A stretch of 64,000 nt of DNA from Candidatus Hydrogenedentota bacterium (GTDB taxonomy: Bacteria; Hydrogenedentota; Hydrogenedentia; Hydrogenedentales; SLHB01): assembly GCA_045863335.1 (NCBI GenBank), contig BTVY01000011.1, positions 61,627 through 125,626 on the forward strand, in the 5' to 3' direction. This document shows, one piece after another, positions 27,633-37,700 of the stretch. The position numbers and the translations under genes are program-made. The notes under the pieces are model-generated. The model did not search any database and had not been told where the DNA came from. It saw only the letters and a list, made by a program, of their open reading frames with translations. Each line of letters opens with the position of its first letter. Position 1 is the stretch's first letter.

Positions 27633-29381
27633 ATGGCGGTAATACAAGACCGGCAACTTGGCGATATCCTGGTCGAGCAGGGCGTGATCAGCCCGCTCGA
27701 ACTGGACGAAGCGCTTCAGCGGCAACGGCTCACCGGCGAAATGCTTGGCCGCGTGCTGTTCAAGATGAACCTGTGCGACGAGCAGGACATCATCGACGCG
27801 CTCGGCGTCCAGGCTGGGATGGAACGCGTCGACATCACCAAATTGAAGGTACCCGACGAGGTCCTCCGGAAGGTGCCGGCCGACGTCGCCAAGTTCTACA
27901 ACGTCGTACCGATTCGCGAAACGGACGGCAAACTGGTCGTCGCCATGGCCGACCCGCTCAACCTGGGTATCCGGGATACGATTCAGCAAATCGTGGGAAT
28001 GGAAGTGAAGGGCGCCATCAGCAATCCGCAGGACGTGGCCACCTTCATCAAGAATAATTACACGTTCGAATCCGACAACATCCATGAGACCTTGAACGAA
28101 CTCATCGAACGCGTGGGTGATGCCGAACTGACGATGGAAGAGCTGGGGCAGCAGGAAATCGTCGGCGACGTGGACAACCTCGTGCAGTTGGCGCAAGAGC
28201 CGGAAGTCATCAAGATCGTGAACCTCGTGCTTCTCGACGCCGTCACCAAACGCGCGTCGGATATTCACTTCGAAGTTTACGAAGAGGATTTCCGAATTCG
28301 AATCCGCATTGACGGCGTGTTGCACGAGATCTCCAGCCCGCCGAAGGCCTTGTCCCTCGCGTTGATTTCGCGCGTCAAGGTCATGTGCAACATGGACATC
28401 GGCGAGCGCCGCCTGCCGCAGGACGCGCGTATCGAACTCAAGATCGGCGATTCCGAGGTCGATATCCGCGTTGCCACGCTTCCCACCTTGTACGGCGAGA
28501 ACGTGGTGATGCGTATCCTCGATCGAACGGCGGTGAAAGTGGAACTCGACAAGCTCGGTTTCACGCCCCAGGCGCTGAAGTCTATCAGCAACGTGATTAG
28601 CAAGCCCAATGGCATTTTCCTCGTAACCGGCCCGACCGGTTCCGGAAAGACGACCACCCTCTACGCGTGCCTGAACGATCTCAACCAAGTCGGCGTAAAG
28701 ATTATCACCACCGAGGACCCGGTCGAATTGCAGATCGACCGGATTATCCAGGTCCAGGTGCGCGAAGAAGTGGGGCTGACCTTTGCCGCGTCGCTTCGAT
28801 CGATCCTTCGTCAGGACCCGGACATCGTAATGGTCGGTGAAATTCGCGACCTGGAAACCGCCCAGATCGCCGTAGAGGCGTCGCTGACCGGTCACCTGGT
28901 GCTGAGCACGATCCACACGAACAGCGCGCCTGAAACCATCACGCGTCTGCTTGACATGGACCTGGAACCATTCCTGATCACCTCGTCGTTGGAGGCCGTC
29001 CTGGCGCAGCGCCTGGTGCGCACCGTGTGCCGCCACTGCCGCAAGCCCTACCGGCCCGACGAGAAGGAAATGGATCTCCTCGGGCTGCCTGCGGCGTGGC
29101 GGAAAGACCCGAATCTGAAGTTCTTCCGGCCGGAGGGCTGCCCCGCCTGCGACTACATCGGCTACATGGGCCGCGTTGGGCTGTTTGAACTGCTCGTGGT
29201 CGACGATCACATCTGCGAGCTGATTCAGGAACGGGCAATGGCGTATGAAATTCGCAAGTACGCGCGCAAGAAACTCGGCATGAAGACCCTCCGGGAAGAG
29301 GGCATCATCAAGTGCGCCCAAGGCATTACCACCGCCGACGAGGTGCTCGCGCACACGGATAAGTTCGAAGACGACGATTGA
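27633..29381 (+). CDS. pilB: PilB/GspE family extension ATPase 2
   Basis: Degenerate MshEN (QLGDILVEQG); VVAMADP; ASDIHFE; GPTGSGKTT; LRQDPD; CRHC/CPAC. Confidence 0.9.
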   Translation: MAVIQDRQLGDILVEQGVISPLELDEALQRQRLTGEMLGRVLFKMNLCDEQDIIDALGVQAGMERVDITKLKVPDEVLRKVPADVAKFYNVVPIRETDGKLVVAMADPLNLGIRDTIQQIVGMEVKGAISNPQDVATFIKNNYTFESDNIHETLNELIERVGDAELTMEELGQQEIVGDVDNLVQLAQEPEVIKIVNLVLLDAVTKRASDIHFEVYEEDFRIRIRIDGVLHEISSPPKALSLALISRVKVMCNMDIGERRLPQDARIELKIGDSEVDIRVATLPTLYGENVVMRILDRTAVKVELDKLGFTPQALKSISNVISKPNGIFLVTGPTGSGKTTTLYACLNDLNQVGVKIITTEDPVELQIDRIIQVQVREEVGLTFAASLRSILRQDPDIVMVGEIRDLETAQIAVEASLTGHLVLSTIHTNSAPETITRLLDMDLEPFLITSSLEAVLAQRLVRTVCRHCRKPYRPDEKEMDLLGLPAAWRKDPNLKFFRPEGCPACDYIGYMGRVGLFELLVVDDHICELIQERAMAYEIRKYARKKLGMKTLREEGIIKCAQGITTADEVLAHTDKFEDDD

Positions 29382-29471
29382 TAGTGAGTCGGTCCGGCAT
29401 GAGCCGGTTTCCGGGAGGTTTCGTTGAAGATCAGGTATACGTGCCGCGGCACGGACGCAGGAGAATGAACG

Positions 29472-30710
29472 GTGGCCAAGTTTGCGTATAAGGCAATGAA
29501 CCGCGATGGCAAGGAAGTGTTTGGCGTCATCGATTCTGAAAGCCAGGCCCTCGCCATCAACGACATTCGCGGATTGGGACTGTACCCCACGACCGTTCGC
29601 GAAGCCCGCAAGAGTGACGAGCGCCGCGCGCGCCGGCAGAAAAAAGGCATCGGCGACCTATACTTCGGCGGCATCAAGACCAAGCAGTTGGTCATCATGA
29701 CCCGCCAGTTGTCGACCCTCATCGACGCCGGGCTGCCGCTCCTGCGCAGCATCAATGTGCTGATCGCGCAGCAGAAGCCTTCCAAACTCAAAGACGTACT
29801 CACCGAGATGTCGGGAGATATTCAAGGCGGCTCGACGTTCTCCGAGGCCCTCGCGAAGCACCCCAAGTATTTTGACCGGCTTTTCGTCAACATGGTGCGC
29901 GCGGGCGAGGTCGGCGGTATGCTCGAGGTCGTATTGAACCGGCTCGCCATCTTCATGGAGCGCCGGCAGGCCCTGAAGCGCCGCGTCAAAGGCGCCATGA
30001 TTTATCCGATCGCCGTGTTGCTCATCGCGACCATCATCGTCTTGTTCCTGCTGTCGTACGTGGTGCCCGAGTTTGCGGAGGTCTTCAAGGATTTCGACGC
30101 CCAGTTGCCCTGGATGACACGCTTCCTCATCGATGTGGGGGATTTCCTCAAGTTTCAGTATTGGAAACTCCTGCTGTACTTCAACGGGACCATCATCTTT
30201 TTCAAAATCCTGTTCAAGTTCAAGTTGACCAAGCGCATCTGCGACCGCGTGTTTCTCAAGCTGCCGCTCATCGGCGATCTCATTACGAAGGTGGCCGTTG
30301 CCCGTTTCTCGCGCACCCTGGGCACGCTGATCACTTCGGGCGTACCGATCCTGCAGTCCTTGCGCATCACCAAGGAAACCATCGGCAACGAGGTGATCGA
30401 AAACGCGGTGCAGAAGGTGCACGACAGCATCAAGGAAGGCGACACCATCGCCGCGCCGCTGGACGAATCCAAAGTGTTCCCGCCCATGGTCGTGAACATG
30501 ATCGACGTAGGCGAGGAAACCGGCAGCCTGGATTCCATGCTCATGAAGGTGGCCGACATTTACGACGCCGAAGTGGAGATCGCCGTGGAGACGATGCTGC
30601 GGCTCATGGAACCGGCGATCATTATCGTGCTCGGGTTCATCATCGGCTTCATCGTGATCGCGCTCTACTTGCCCATCTTCTCGCTGGCCGACGTGATTAG
30701 TGGACAATAA
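29472..30710 (+). CDS. pilC: Type IV pilus platform protein
   Basis: RQLSTLIDAGLPL, GEVGGML, AMIYP, FSRTLGTL.SGVP, GEETGSLD, MEP. Confidence 0.92.
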   Translation: MAKFAYKAMNRDGKEVFGVIDSESQALAINDIRGLGLYPTTVREARKSDERRARRQKKGIGDLYFGGIKTKQLVIMTRQLSTLIDAGLPLLRSINVLIAQQKPSKLKDVLTEMSGDIQGGSTFSEALAKHPKYFDRLFVNMVRAGEVGGMLEVVLNRLAIFMERRQALKRRVKGAMIYPIAVLLIATIIVLFLLSYVVPEFAEVFKDFDAQLPWMTRFLIDVGDFLKFQYWKLLLYFNGTIIFFKILFKFKLTKRICDRVFLKLPLIGDLITKVAVARFSRTLGTLITSGVPILQSLRITKETIGNEVIENAVQKVHDSIKEGDTIAAPLDESKVFPPMVVNMIDVGEETGSLDSMLMKVADIYDAEVEIAVETMLRLMEPAIIIVLGFIIGFIVIALYLPIFSLADVISGQ

Positions 30711-30759
30711 GGTATCGACGGCGCGGCTGCGGGAGCCGCTGGATAGGAGACAGACAGCA

Positions 30760-31536
30760 ATGAAACGCAATGAAGCCTTCACCCTGGTGGAGTTGCTCGT
30801 GGTGATCGCCATCATCGCCATCCTGGCGGGCATCATCATTCCCAACGTCCCCGGATTCATCGCCAAGGCGCGCATGACCCGCGCCTACGGAGAGATCAAA
30901 GGCATCGATCTCGCCCTCACGAAGATGCTGACCGACGCCAACCGGCAGGACTTCCGGAGCGGGTTCTTTGATGCGTTTCCAAATGAGTCTTTCGATGTGT
31001 CGGTAGGCATTTACCAGGAAGTCTTCTACAACCTGTTGCGAAACGGTAAGAACGCTGAAAGCAGCCTGGACTGGCCCGCCGGCGTCATCATCAATCCCGA
31101 CGTCAAACGGAAACTTGGATCTTCTTACATGGAACTCGCGGCAGATCCGTGGGGCCAATTGTACTACTTCTATCCAGGTCCTTTCCGCGCGCGCGATCTC
31201 GGTTCGACGGTCCCCATCGATCTCGGGGTGGTCCCGTTCCGCATCTACTATCCCGACTTGAGCGTACCGGGCGGACCCAGGCCGGATCCGCCGCACACGA
31301 TCGAGAATGTCGAAGATCCGGACGATCCCGCTGCGGAGCCATTTACCGTCGGCTACGCGGCGCCGCGGGATCTTACCATGTACATCTGGTCCTCCGGTGG
31401 CAACTTGGTTCCCAATCAGTTGGGATATCCCGGGTATGGCGGTCCGGCGGTGGAATACGGTCTGGATTTCATGGGCGGTGGAGACGACATCAACAACTGG
31501 GACAACGACCAGAGTTGGGCCGGGTTCTATAACTAA
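30760..31536 (+). CDS. Prepilin (candidate major pilin), GspG-like motifs, 258 aa
   Basis: AGGAGA RBS; A|FTLVELLVVIAII; DPWGQLYYFYPG; IWSSG...GGDDINNW. Confidence 0.85.
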   Translation: MKRNEAFTLVELLVVIAIIAILAGIIIPNVPGFIAKARMTRAYGEIKGIDLALTKMLTDANRQDFRSGFFDAFPNESFDVSVGIYQEVFYNLLRNGKNAESSLDWPAGVIINPDVKRKLGSSYMELAADPWGQLYYFYPGPFRARDLGSTVPIDLGVVPFRIYYPDLSVPGGPRPDPPHTIENVEDPDDPAAEPFTVGYAAPRDLTMYIWSSGGNLVPNQLGYPGYGGPAVEYGLDFMGGGDDINNWDNDQSWAGFYN

Positions 31537-31551
31537 GCTCGGGGAAGGAGA

Positions 31552-31578
31552 CCGCGCCGCCAACGGGTAGCGGCGCGG
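31552..31578 (+). other. GC-rich hairpin between first pilin and minor pilins
   Basis: CCGCGCCGC-N9-GCGGCGCGG perfect 9-bp stem, no U tail. Confidence 0.5.
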
Positions 31579-31625
31579 CGCCAGCAGGCAGCAACGATGG
31601 ACCTGCGGGTCCCGGAGTTGGTTAC

Positions 31626-32438
31626 GTGCAACGGATAGTACATAGGAATCACGGCTTCTCGCTGGTCGAGATGCTCATCGTCATCGCGCTCATCGCCGCG
31701 CTGGCGGGGCTCGCGATTCCCGCGATATCCCGGGCCGGCGGGTTCATGAGCGACGATCCCGATATCGCCGCCCGCGAACTGTACGCCTCCATGCGCGCCG
31801 CCCGCATCTACGCCACCACCTACCGGGTGAACACCGCGGTTGTTTACGGGGTGACAGATCCGGCACAGACTGTCGATAGCGTGACGAACGAGAATGTGCG
31901 CGTGATCGATAGCTACGGTCTGGCCCGGCAACTAACGAGTGACGAGCGAAGATCACTTGGAATTTCCGCGACGAACGTCTACGCGCTCATCGAGGATCGG
32001 GAGGCCTACTTCCGACGGCTTCCCGCGAACTCGTGCATCGCGTCGATTAACAACGATTACGAACTGGAAATCGGCATCAATGCGGACGGTACCGTCCGCG
32101 AAGGCCTGGTGCCGGTTTTACTTGTCGATCTGGATACCACGGAAATTCCGGCAACGGCTACCGTGGTCGCGCCAATCTACACGACGGATTTCGGTGTGGA
32201 TGCGTTTCCCGCACACGTTTTTACCCCTTCGGGGTTCATGGAGCCAGAATCTTCACCCGTGGCGCGTTTCACGGTCAACGTGGCACTCATGCCGGACGCT
32301 TCCCTCGAGGAGCGATACACCATCGCCCCCGGCGACGAAGATCCCCAGACCGGCAACGTGCTCGACGAAGGCCAGTTGAAAGTGCCGGTCCGGATCGAAC
32401 TGTTCCGGACGACGGGGCGGGTGAAGATGACCTCATAA
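31626..32438 (+). CDS. Minor pilin, FimT/FimU/GspH-like
   Basis: G|FSLVEMLIVIALI; ARELYASMRAARIYA; VFTPSG; C-terminal TTGRVK. Confidence 0.8.
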   Translation: MQRIVHRNHGFSLVEMLIVIALIAALAGLAIPAISRAGGFMSDDPDIAARELYASMRAARIYATTYRVNTAVVYGVTDPAQTVDSVTNENVRVIDSYGLARQLTSDERRSLGISATNVYALIEDREAYFRRLPANSCIASINNDYELEIGINADGTVREGLVPVLLVDLDTTEIPATATVVAPIYTTDFGVDAFPAHVFTPSGFMEPESSPVARFTVNVALMPDASLEERYTIAPGDEDPQTGNVLDEGQLKVPVRIELFRTTGRVKMTS

Positions 32439-32448
32439 GGAAGTGGAC

Positions 32449-32874
32449 ATGTTTCGACTGTATAAAGAAGAACGGGGCTTTTCCCCGGTTGAAGTACTGG
32501 TCGCGATGGCGATTCTCGCCATCGGCATTATGGCCATCATGCGGTTGTTCCCCTCCGGGTTGCGGGCCTCCCGCGTCGCCCAGGAGCGCACCATCGCCGC
32601 CGAACTCGCGGACGCCAACATGGGCCGTCTGCGCATGACCGGCGCGAGCAACATCCTCGGCATGGCCAAGGCGTCCGCCCTCTATGGCCAGAGCACGGCC
32701 TCCGGTATCTATCTCGACGGCCGCGTCGACACGACCGGCGCCGTGGACGGCCATTCCACCGTGATCACGCGCGTGGCCGGACCCCTGGAAGAGACCCGCG
32801 TGCGCGTGGTGTTCTCCGTCGACTTCCCGGACGGACGCCGCGAGAACTTTGTAACGTACGTGACGGACTATTGA
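32449..32874 (+). CDS. Minor pilin, PilV/GspI-like
   Basis: G|FSPVEVLVAMAILAIGIMA; short globular domain; start could also be GTG 32443. Confidence 0.8.
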   Translation: MFRLYKEERGFSPVEVLVAMAILAIGIMAIMRLFPSGLRASRVAQERTIAAELADANMGRLRMTGASNILGMAKASALYGQSTASGIYLDGRVDTTGAVDGHSTVITRVAGPLEETRVRVVFSVDFPDGRRENFVTYVTDY

Positions 32875-34532
32875 TGTACACAACCACCGGGACGCAGGCC
32901 ATGAGTCGAACGCATCGTGTCCGAGGGTTCACCCTCGTCGAACTGCTGATCGCGACCGCATTGTTCTCGATCATTATGGCGGCCATCGTGACGCTGTTTG
33001 TGGCGAGCCTGCACGCCGTCAAGTCGGCCTACCTCGCCAGCGACGCGTACGAAACCTCCCGCGGCGCCTTCGCCGTCGTGGAACGCGATCTCACAACCGT
33101 CTTCACCATGCGCGACTACGGCGACTACTACCAGTTCTACGGCACACCCCAGGGCATGAGCATGATCGGCCTCGTCCGCGATCCCGACGGCGGCAGCACG
33201 ACCCTTGGCCGCATTACCTACGTCATGCTACCTGTGGTTATCAAGAACTCGGCAGACACGTTTGCAGTGACAGATCCTTTCAACCTGCCCCAACTCAATA
33301 CAAGACCTGTACCTATTCAAATGACGAATGACGGGGGGACCCCGGCGGATCCTCTTGACGATACTGTCGATGACTTCTTTGTCGGCACCGCTGCGCTTGT
33401 GCGATTTGTCGAGCCAGGCGTGGAAGATCTGGACACCTACCCGTTTGACTGGGATGAGCTTAATGCCGCGTTTCCGACCAACCCTGAGCTTCCTGTCCCT
33501 ACAATTGCGGAGCAACTAGATGCCGCAACTGGCGTGACGAATGGATGGAGCGATGTAAACCGACGTATTCGACTAACCCCTGCTGAGCAAGAATTACTTG
33601 CTGCAAAAAAACGCGAACTATGGATCAGCATGCTTTCCGCGCAGGATTTTTGGACTACCTACCTGACTTTTGGGCAAGAAGTTTATCCCAACGCGTGGGG
33701 GTACTTTGATCGGAACGGGGATCCTGTACGTGGTTGGTTGGTCCCCCGAGATAATTTCGACAACGATGGCGACGGTTTTGTGGATGAAGACGACGAGCTA
33801 ATCCTGGATCCAAGAGACTACGTAGTTGCTGAGAACATCGGACTTGTTACTCCAATTAATGCAGCGCATTTTGTGCCGTTGTATCCCATGCAGAGTTTTC
33901 ATCCCTTATCCGATCCCGTGCGAAGCCTATATCCGATTAACGTGCAGGCAACGCTCAGTACGCAGGTATCGTCTCCTATCAGTTTTGGCAATCTGACGGT
34001 GAAAACATACGTGAATGGCGTCTTTGATACGACGACCGACATACCCATTTCACCTACGATGTCTCTCGAAGATCTGCTAGACCGATTCAACTACGATTTT
34101 CCCGGAGACCCCGACGACGTGCCCGGTGTGTACGCCGTCGTCAACGGTGGAACCATTGAGATCGGCCCAGAGCAGTATTATAACCCTGTGACAGGTGATC
34201 CAGATCCAAGCGTTCAGTTCAGCTTTACGTTCGGCAACGATACCAGCGGCGTGCTGCGCGCGCTCGGGCTGTACGGTCAGTTCTTCCGGTACGGGCGGGT
34301 GCTGGCCACTTCCGAGTTGGACGTGCGATCTTCCTGGAACTCCGCGCTCAATGTGGGTACCACGGCCAACGTGGGTAACCCGCTCACGCCGCGGCTGCCG
34401 GAGATCGTCGCGTTGCGGTTGCCTTTCGCGTACGAACGGCCTTATCCGACGGCGCCCCAGTTCGAGCGTAACCTGGAACAAGTGATCGACGTGCCGACCG
34501 CGTACTCGCGCTCGGCACTGGGTGGAGCCTGA
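32874..34532 (+). CDS. Minor pilin, PilW/GspJ-like, enlarged (552 aa)
   Basis: G|FTLVELLIATALF; AFAVVERDL helix; C-terminal LPEIVALRL; TGATG overlap with the previous gene. Confidence 0.8.
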   Translation: MYTTTGTQAMSRTHRVRGFTLVELLIATALFSIIMAAIVTLFVASLHAVKSAYLASDAYETSRGAFAVVERDLTTVFTMRDYGDYYQFYGTPQGMSMIGLVRDPDGGSTTLGRITYVMLPVVIKNSADTFAVTDPFNLPQLNTRPVPIQMTNDGGTPADPLDDTVDDFFVGTAALVRFVEPGVEDLDTYPFDWDELNAAFPTNPELPVPTIAEQLDAATGVTNGWSDVNRRIRLTPAEQELLAAKKRELWISMLSAQDFWTTYLTFGQEVYPNAWGYFDRNGDPVRGWLVPRDNFDNDGDGFVDEDDELILDPRDYVVAENIGLVTPINAAHFVPLYPMQSFHPLSDPVRSLYPINVQATLSTQVSSPISFGNLTVKTYVNGVFDTTTDIPISPTMSLEDLLDRFNYDFPGDPDDVPGVYAVVNGGTIEIGPEQYYNPVTGDPDPSVQFSFTFGNDTSGVLRALGLYGQFFRYGRVLATSELDVRSSWNSALNVGTTANVGNPLTPRLPEIVALRLPFAYERPYPTAPQFERNLEQVIDVPTAYSRSALGGA

Positions 34533-34537
34533 GTAGC

Positions 34538-34755
34538 GAATTATGAATTATGAATTACGAATTATGAATTGCGACTGAAGATAGCGTAGCTCGGCGGCGG
34601 ACAACAGAGTTAGGAATTGCGAACTGGGAATAACGAATCGAGTTCACGGATCCAACCATGTGAACCAGCGATTACAGGGCAAGAATGCAGAACCGAAAAA
34701 CGCTTTCGCGCCCCCAGTTTTCAATTCTTAATTCATAATTCCTAATTCGTAATTA
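34538..34755. repeat. Inverted arrays of 7-bp tandem repeats (GAATTAY-type)
   Basis: GAATTAT/GAATTAT/GAATTAC/GAATTAT/GAATTGC at 34538-34572; degenerate array at 34607-34641; inverted array TCAATTC/TTAATTC/ATAATTC/CTAATTC/GTAATTA at 34721-34755. Confidence 0.9.
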
Positions 34756-34769
34756 AAGAAGGTGCCAAG

Positions 34770-37700
34770 ATGATACAGGGATCCGAAAATCGCGGCGCTG
34801 CGCTCATCATTGCGGTGGCCATTTTTACGATACTGCTCGTGGTGGCGCTGACGTTTTATTCGTCCAGCAAGATCGAGTTGCAGACCGCCACCAACGTCGA
34901 AAACGGGATGCGGACCGACCTCATCAGCAACGCGGGCATCGCGTTGGCCGTGTCCATGCTGCAAAACGACTCGCAACTTTATCCCCACACCACGTCCATC
35001 GACCATCCCTGGACCACCTACTTCAACGGCACCTGGATCGCCGGTAAGCCCTGGGCCTTCGCGAACGGGGTCCCCTGGGCGCCGAATCCATTCACCGGTT
35101 TCGACCGCACATCCGTACCGTATGTGTTGTACGAAAATGTGTTGGCCATGGAAGCGGACATCACGAACGATATTCAGACAGCGCTCACGGCAAATAACCT
35201 TGACCGCGTCGCGCGGTTGCAACAGGTCCGGGCGCCGCTCTACGTGCCCCGCTATCAGGGATTCCCCACGCTCGCTAGTCTCGAGGATCCGGCCACGAAT
35301 GCCTTCGTCGTCGACTACGCCTTCGATCAAACCCAGGTCGATCCCAATTACGACCCGAGCACGGACGGCGCCCCGACCGCGCCGCAACTGACGCCCCAAC
35401 AGCAGATCGCGTTCTGGGCCGACGTGGACAACGACGAAGACGGCTTGCCGGATTCCGTGTGGATCCCCGTGCCTATAGAACTCTTTTTCGGCGGCGTCGA
35501 CAAGGATGAAGACGGGATCGTCAGTGTAGACGAAGGCGGCGACGGCATCGACAACGATCTCGACGGTTTCATTGACGAAGAGAACGAGACCGCGGTTTTC
35601 GTCTACTGGGGCGGCAACGACGGACGCGACAATGACGCCGACGGATTGGTGGACGAAGGCGACGAACAGAAACTGTTTCTGACCGCGCCCATTGTGGACC
35701 AGGACGGGTTCACCATGTTCAACAACATCGACGTGCGTGTAAACGCTGCCGTCCTCGCGGAATACGTCCTTCCCTATACGGGTGCTGTCGGCACCGTCGT
35801 GCAGAACGCCGCGTTCACCGGCACCAACGACGTGGACGCCATCGACAACGACTACTCCATGATCGTGAGCGATGCCAAGGGGCATGCATACGACTTCCTT
35901 AACGGGGATACCACTCCCGACGACGACGATGAACGCGCCTACGCCGCTCAACAGGCCGTGCGGGAATACAATAGAATCGATACCTCGGCCTACCCGACCA
36001 TCGCACCGTTCCAAGTCGTCTCCGCCAGTGGCGAACCCGTGTGCGAAATTGCGGGCCGGGTCGCGGTGCTTATCACCGACGAGGCGTCCAAGATCAACCT
36101 GAATACCGCGGGTGGTCTGGCAGCGACGTCGGATGCTAGCGGAAACCTCCAATTGACATGGGCCTTGAATGAAGGCATGGGCACTCGGGAGGTGGATATC
36201 CGGTCCGTACCGAACTTTGGCGTGTTTACGGGTCAGCAGGTTGCCCAACTTCGGAATGGCTCGCCGGAAGAGGGTACACCCTTCGCGATCAACACCAACC
36301 TGAATGGCATACCCTACGAGTATGACGCCGCCCTCCCCGGATACGGCGGCGTAGACGACGACGGCAACGCGTTGGCCCTCTCGCTCAACGGAATCGATGA
36401 CGACGGCGACGGTTTCGTGGATGAGCTTTGGGAAGGGATCGACGAACCGGCGGAACACCAGTTGTTCCGGCCCCTGCGCAACAGCCTCGCCGAAACCGAT
36501 GCCTTCGACAACGATGGGGACGATTCCCTCGATGAAATTGGCGAGTTTGGCGATCGCTTATTCCGTACGCAGGATCAAGTATCCATGGTCGACGGGTTCT
36601 TCAATCAGGCGGATACCCCACGTTGGCTGCGCAACTCCATCACCACCCAGTCCACGGACCGCAACCAGCGCAACCAGTACTACACCCGCGACGGCAACGG
36701 CAACATCCTCCAGCAGCTCATCCCGCCCACCAGCGGCCTGAAGCTCGACTACAACTACGCCCTCGCCGACAACATCGCCCTGGCCTTGCAGGAGGATTGG
36801 GACTATCCGAATTTCGCGGACGTGTTTTATGCGTCCGCTGTGTTCAGCAGTCCCGCAGACCCGACCGACGACGTTATTGCACTGTACTCCCAGGGATTGC
36901 GCCGGGAAGATGTCAATATCGTAGACGCGCCCTTTGGCTTGCGAGAATCACCAACCGACCCAATCGTGTTCGATGCCGACGCGGAACTGCGGTCCTACCA
37001 GCTCGCGCTGAACATCATGGAACACCGCGACCGCGACAGCGTTGGAAACTATGCGGAAGTCCGCGTGCGGGATGCGTGGTGGCAGGAAGTCGTGGGTGCG
37101 GACAACGATCCCAACACGTTTGACGGCGATCTCAACCCTGGGACCATCGACGGTACCGGCGACTTGCGGCAGATTACCTACCGCATGCGCGGTGTCGAAA
37201 GCGTCCGCATCACTGAACTCATGGTGCGCCCCGTCCGCCGCGTCGAGGCCGAAGCGGTGGTCGGCGGCGCCGCCGAGTTTGATCCCAACCGCTTCAGTGC
37301 CGCCGAAGGCCGCACCAATGATTTCGATTTCGTGTCCGAGACGATCCTGGAGCGCGAACCTGGACTGGCGCCGTCTAACGGTTCATTCGACTGGCAAAAC
37401 GATGGCAATGGGATCCTTGGGGCAAGGGAAGTGCTCGAAACGGATTCGACCCTGGTCAGCGATGGGGGGGCGTTTTCTGCTCCGAACGTCATTCAATTCC
37501 GGTTTGGCCCGAGTCCTCAATTGCCGCCCGGCCGGTATTACTTGATGTTCAATTCGACGGACGCGGCTGGCAATCCGACCGTAACGGACCCCAGCGACCT
37601 GGATTTCGTCGTCAAGTACGCGCGGGAAGATGGGGCCGGTGTTGATTCAGATATTCTTGAGGACATCATCAACAGTCCTGATGATCCGTTCTTGTTTCCG

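Noticed and set aside
33605-33611. A7 homopolymer as a phase-variation tract
   Set aside because: Too short to support slippage, and the frame is intact
34538-34755. Repeat arrays as a CRISPR
   Set aside because: 7-bp tandem units without spacers; no cas genes
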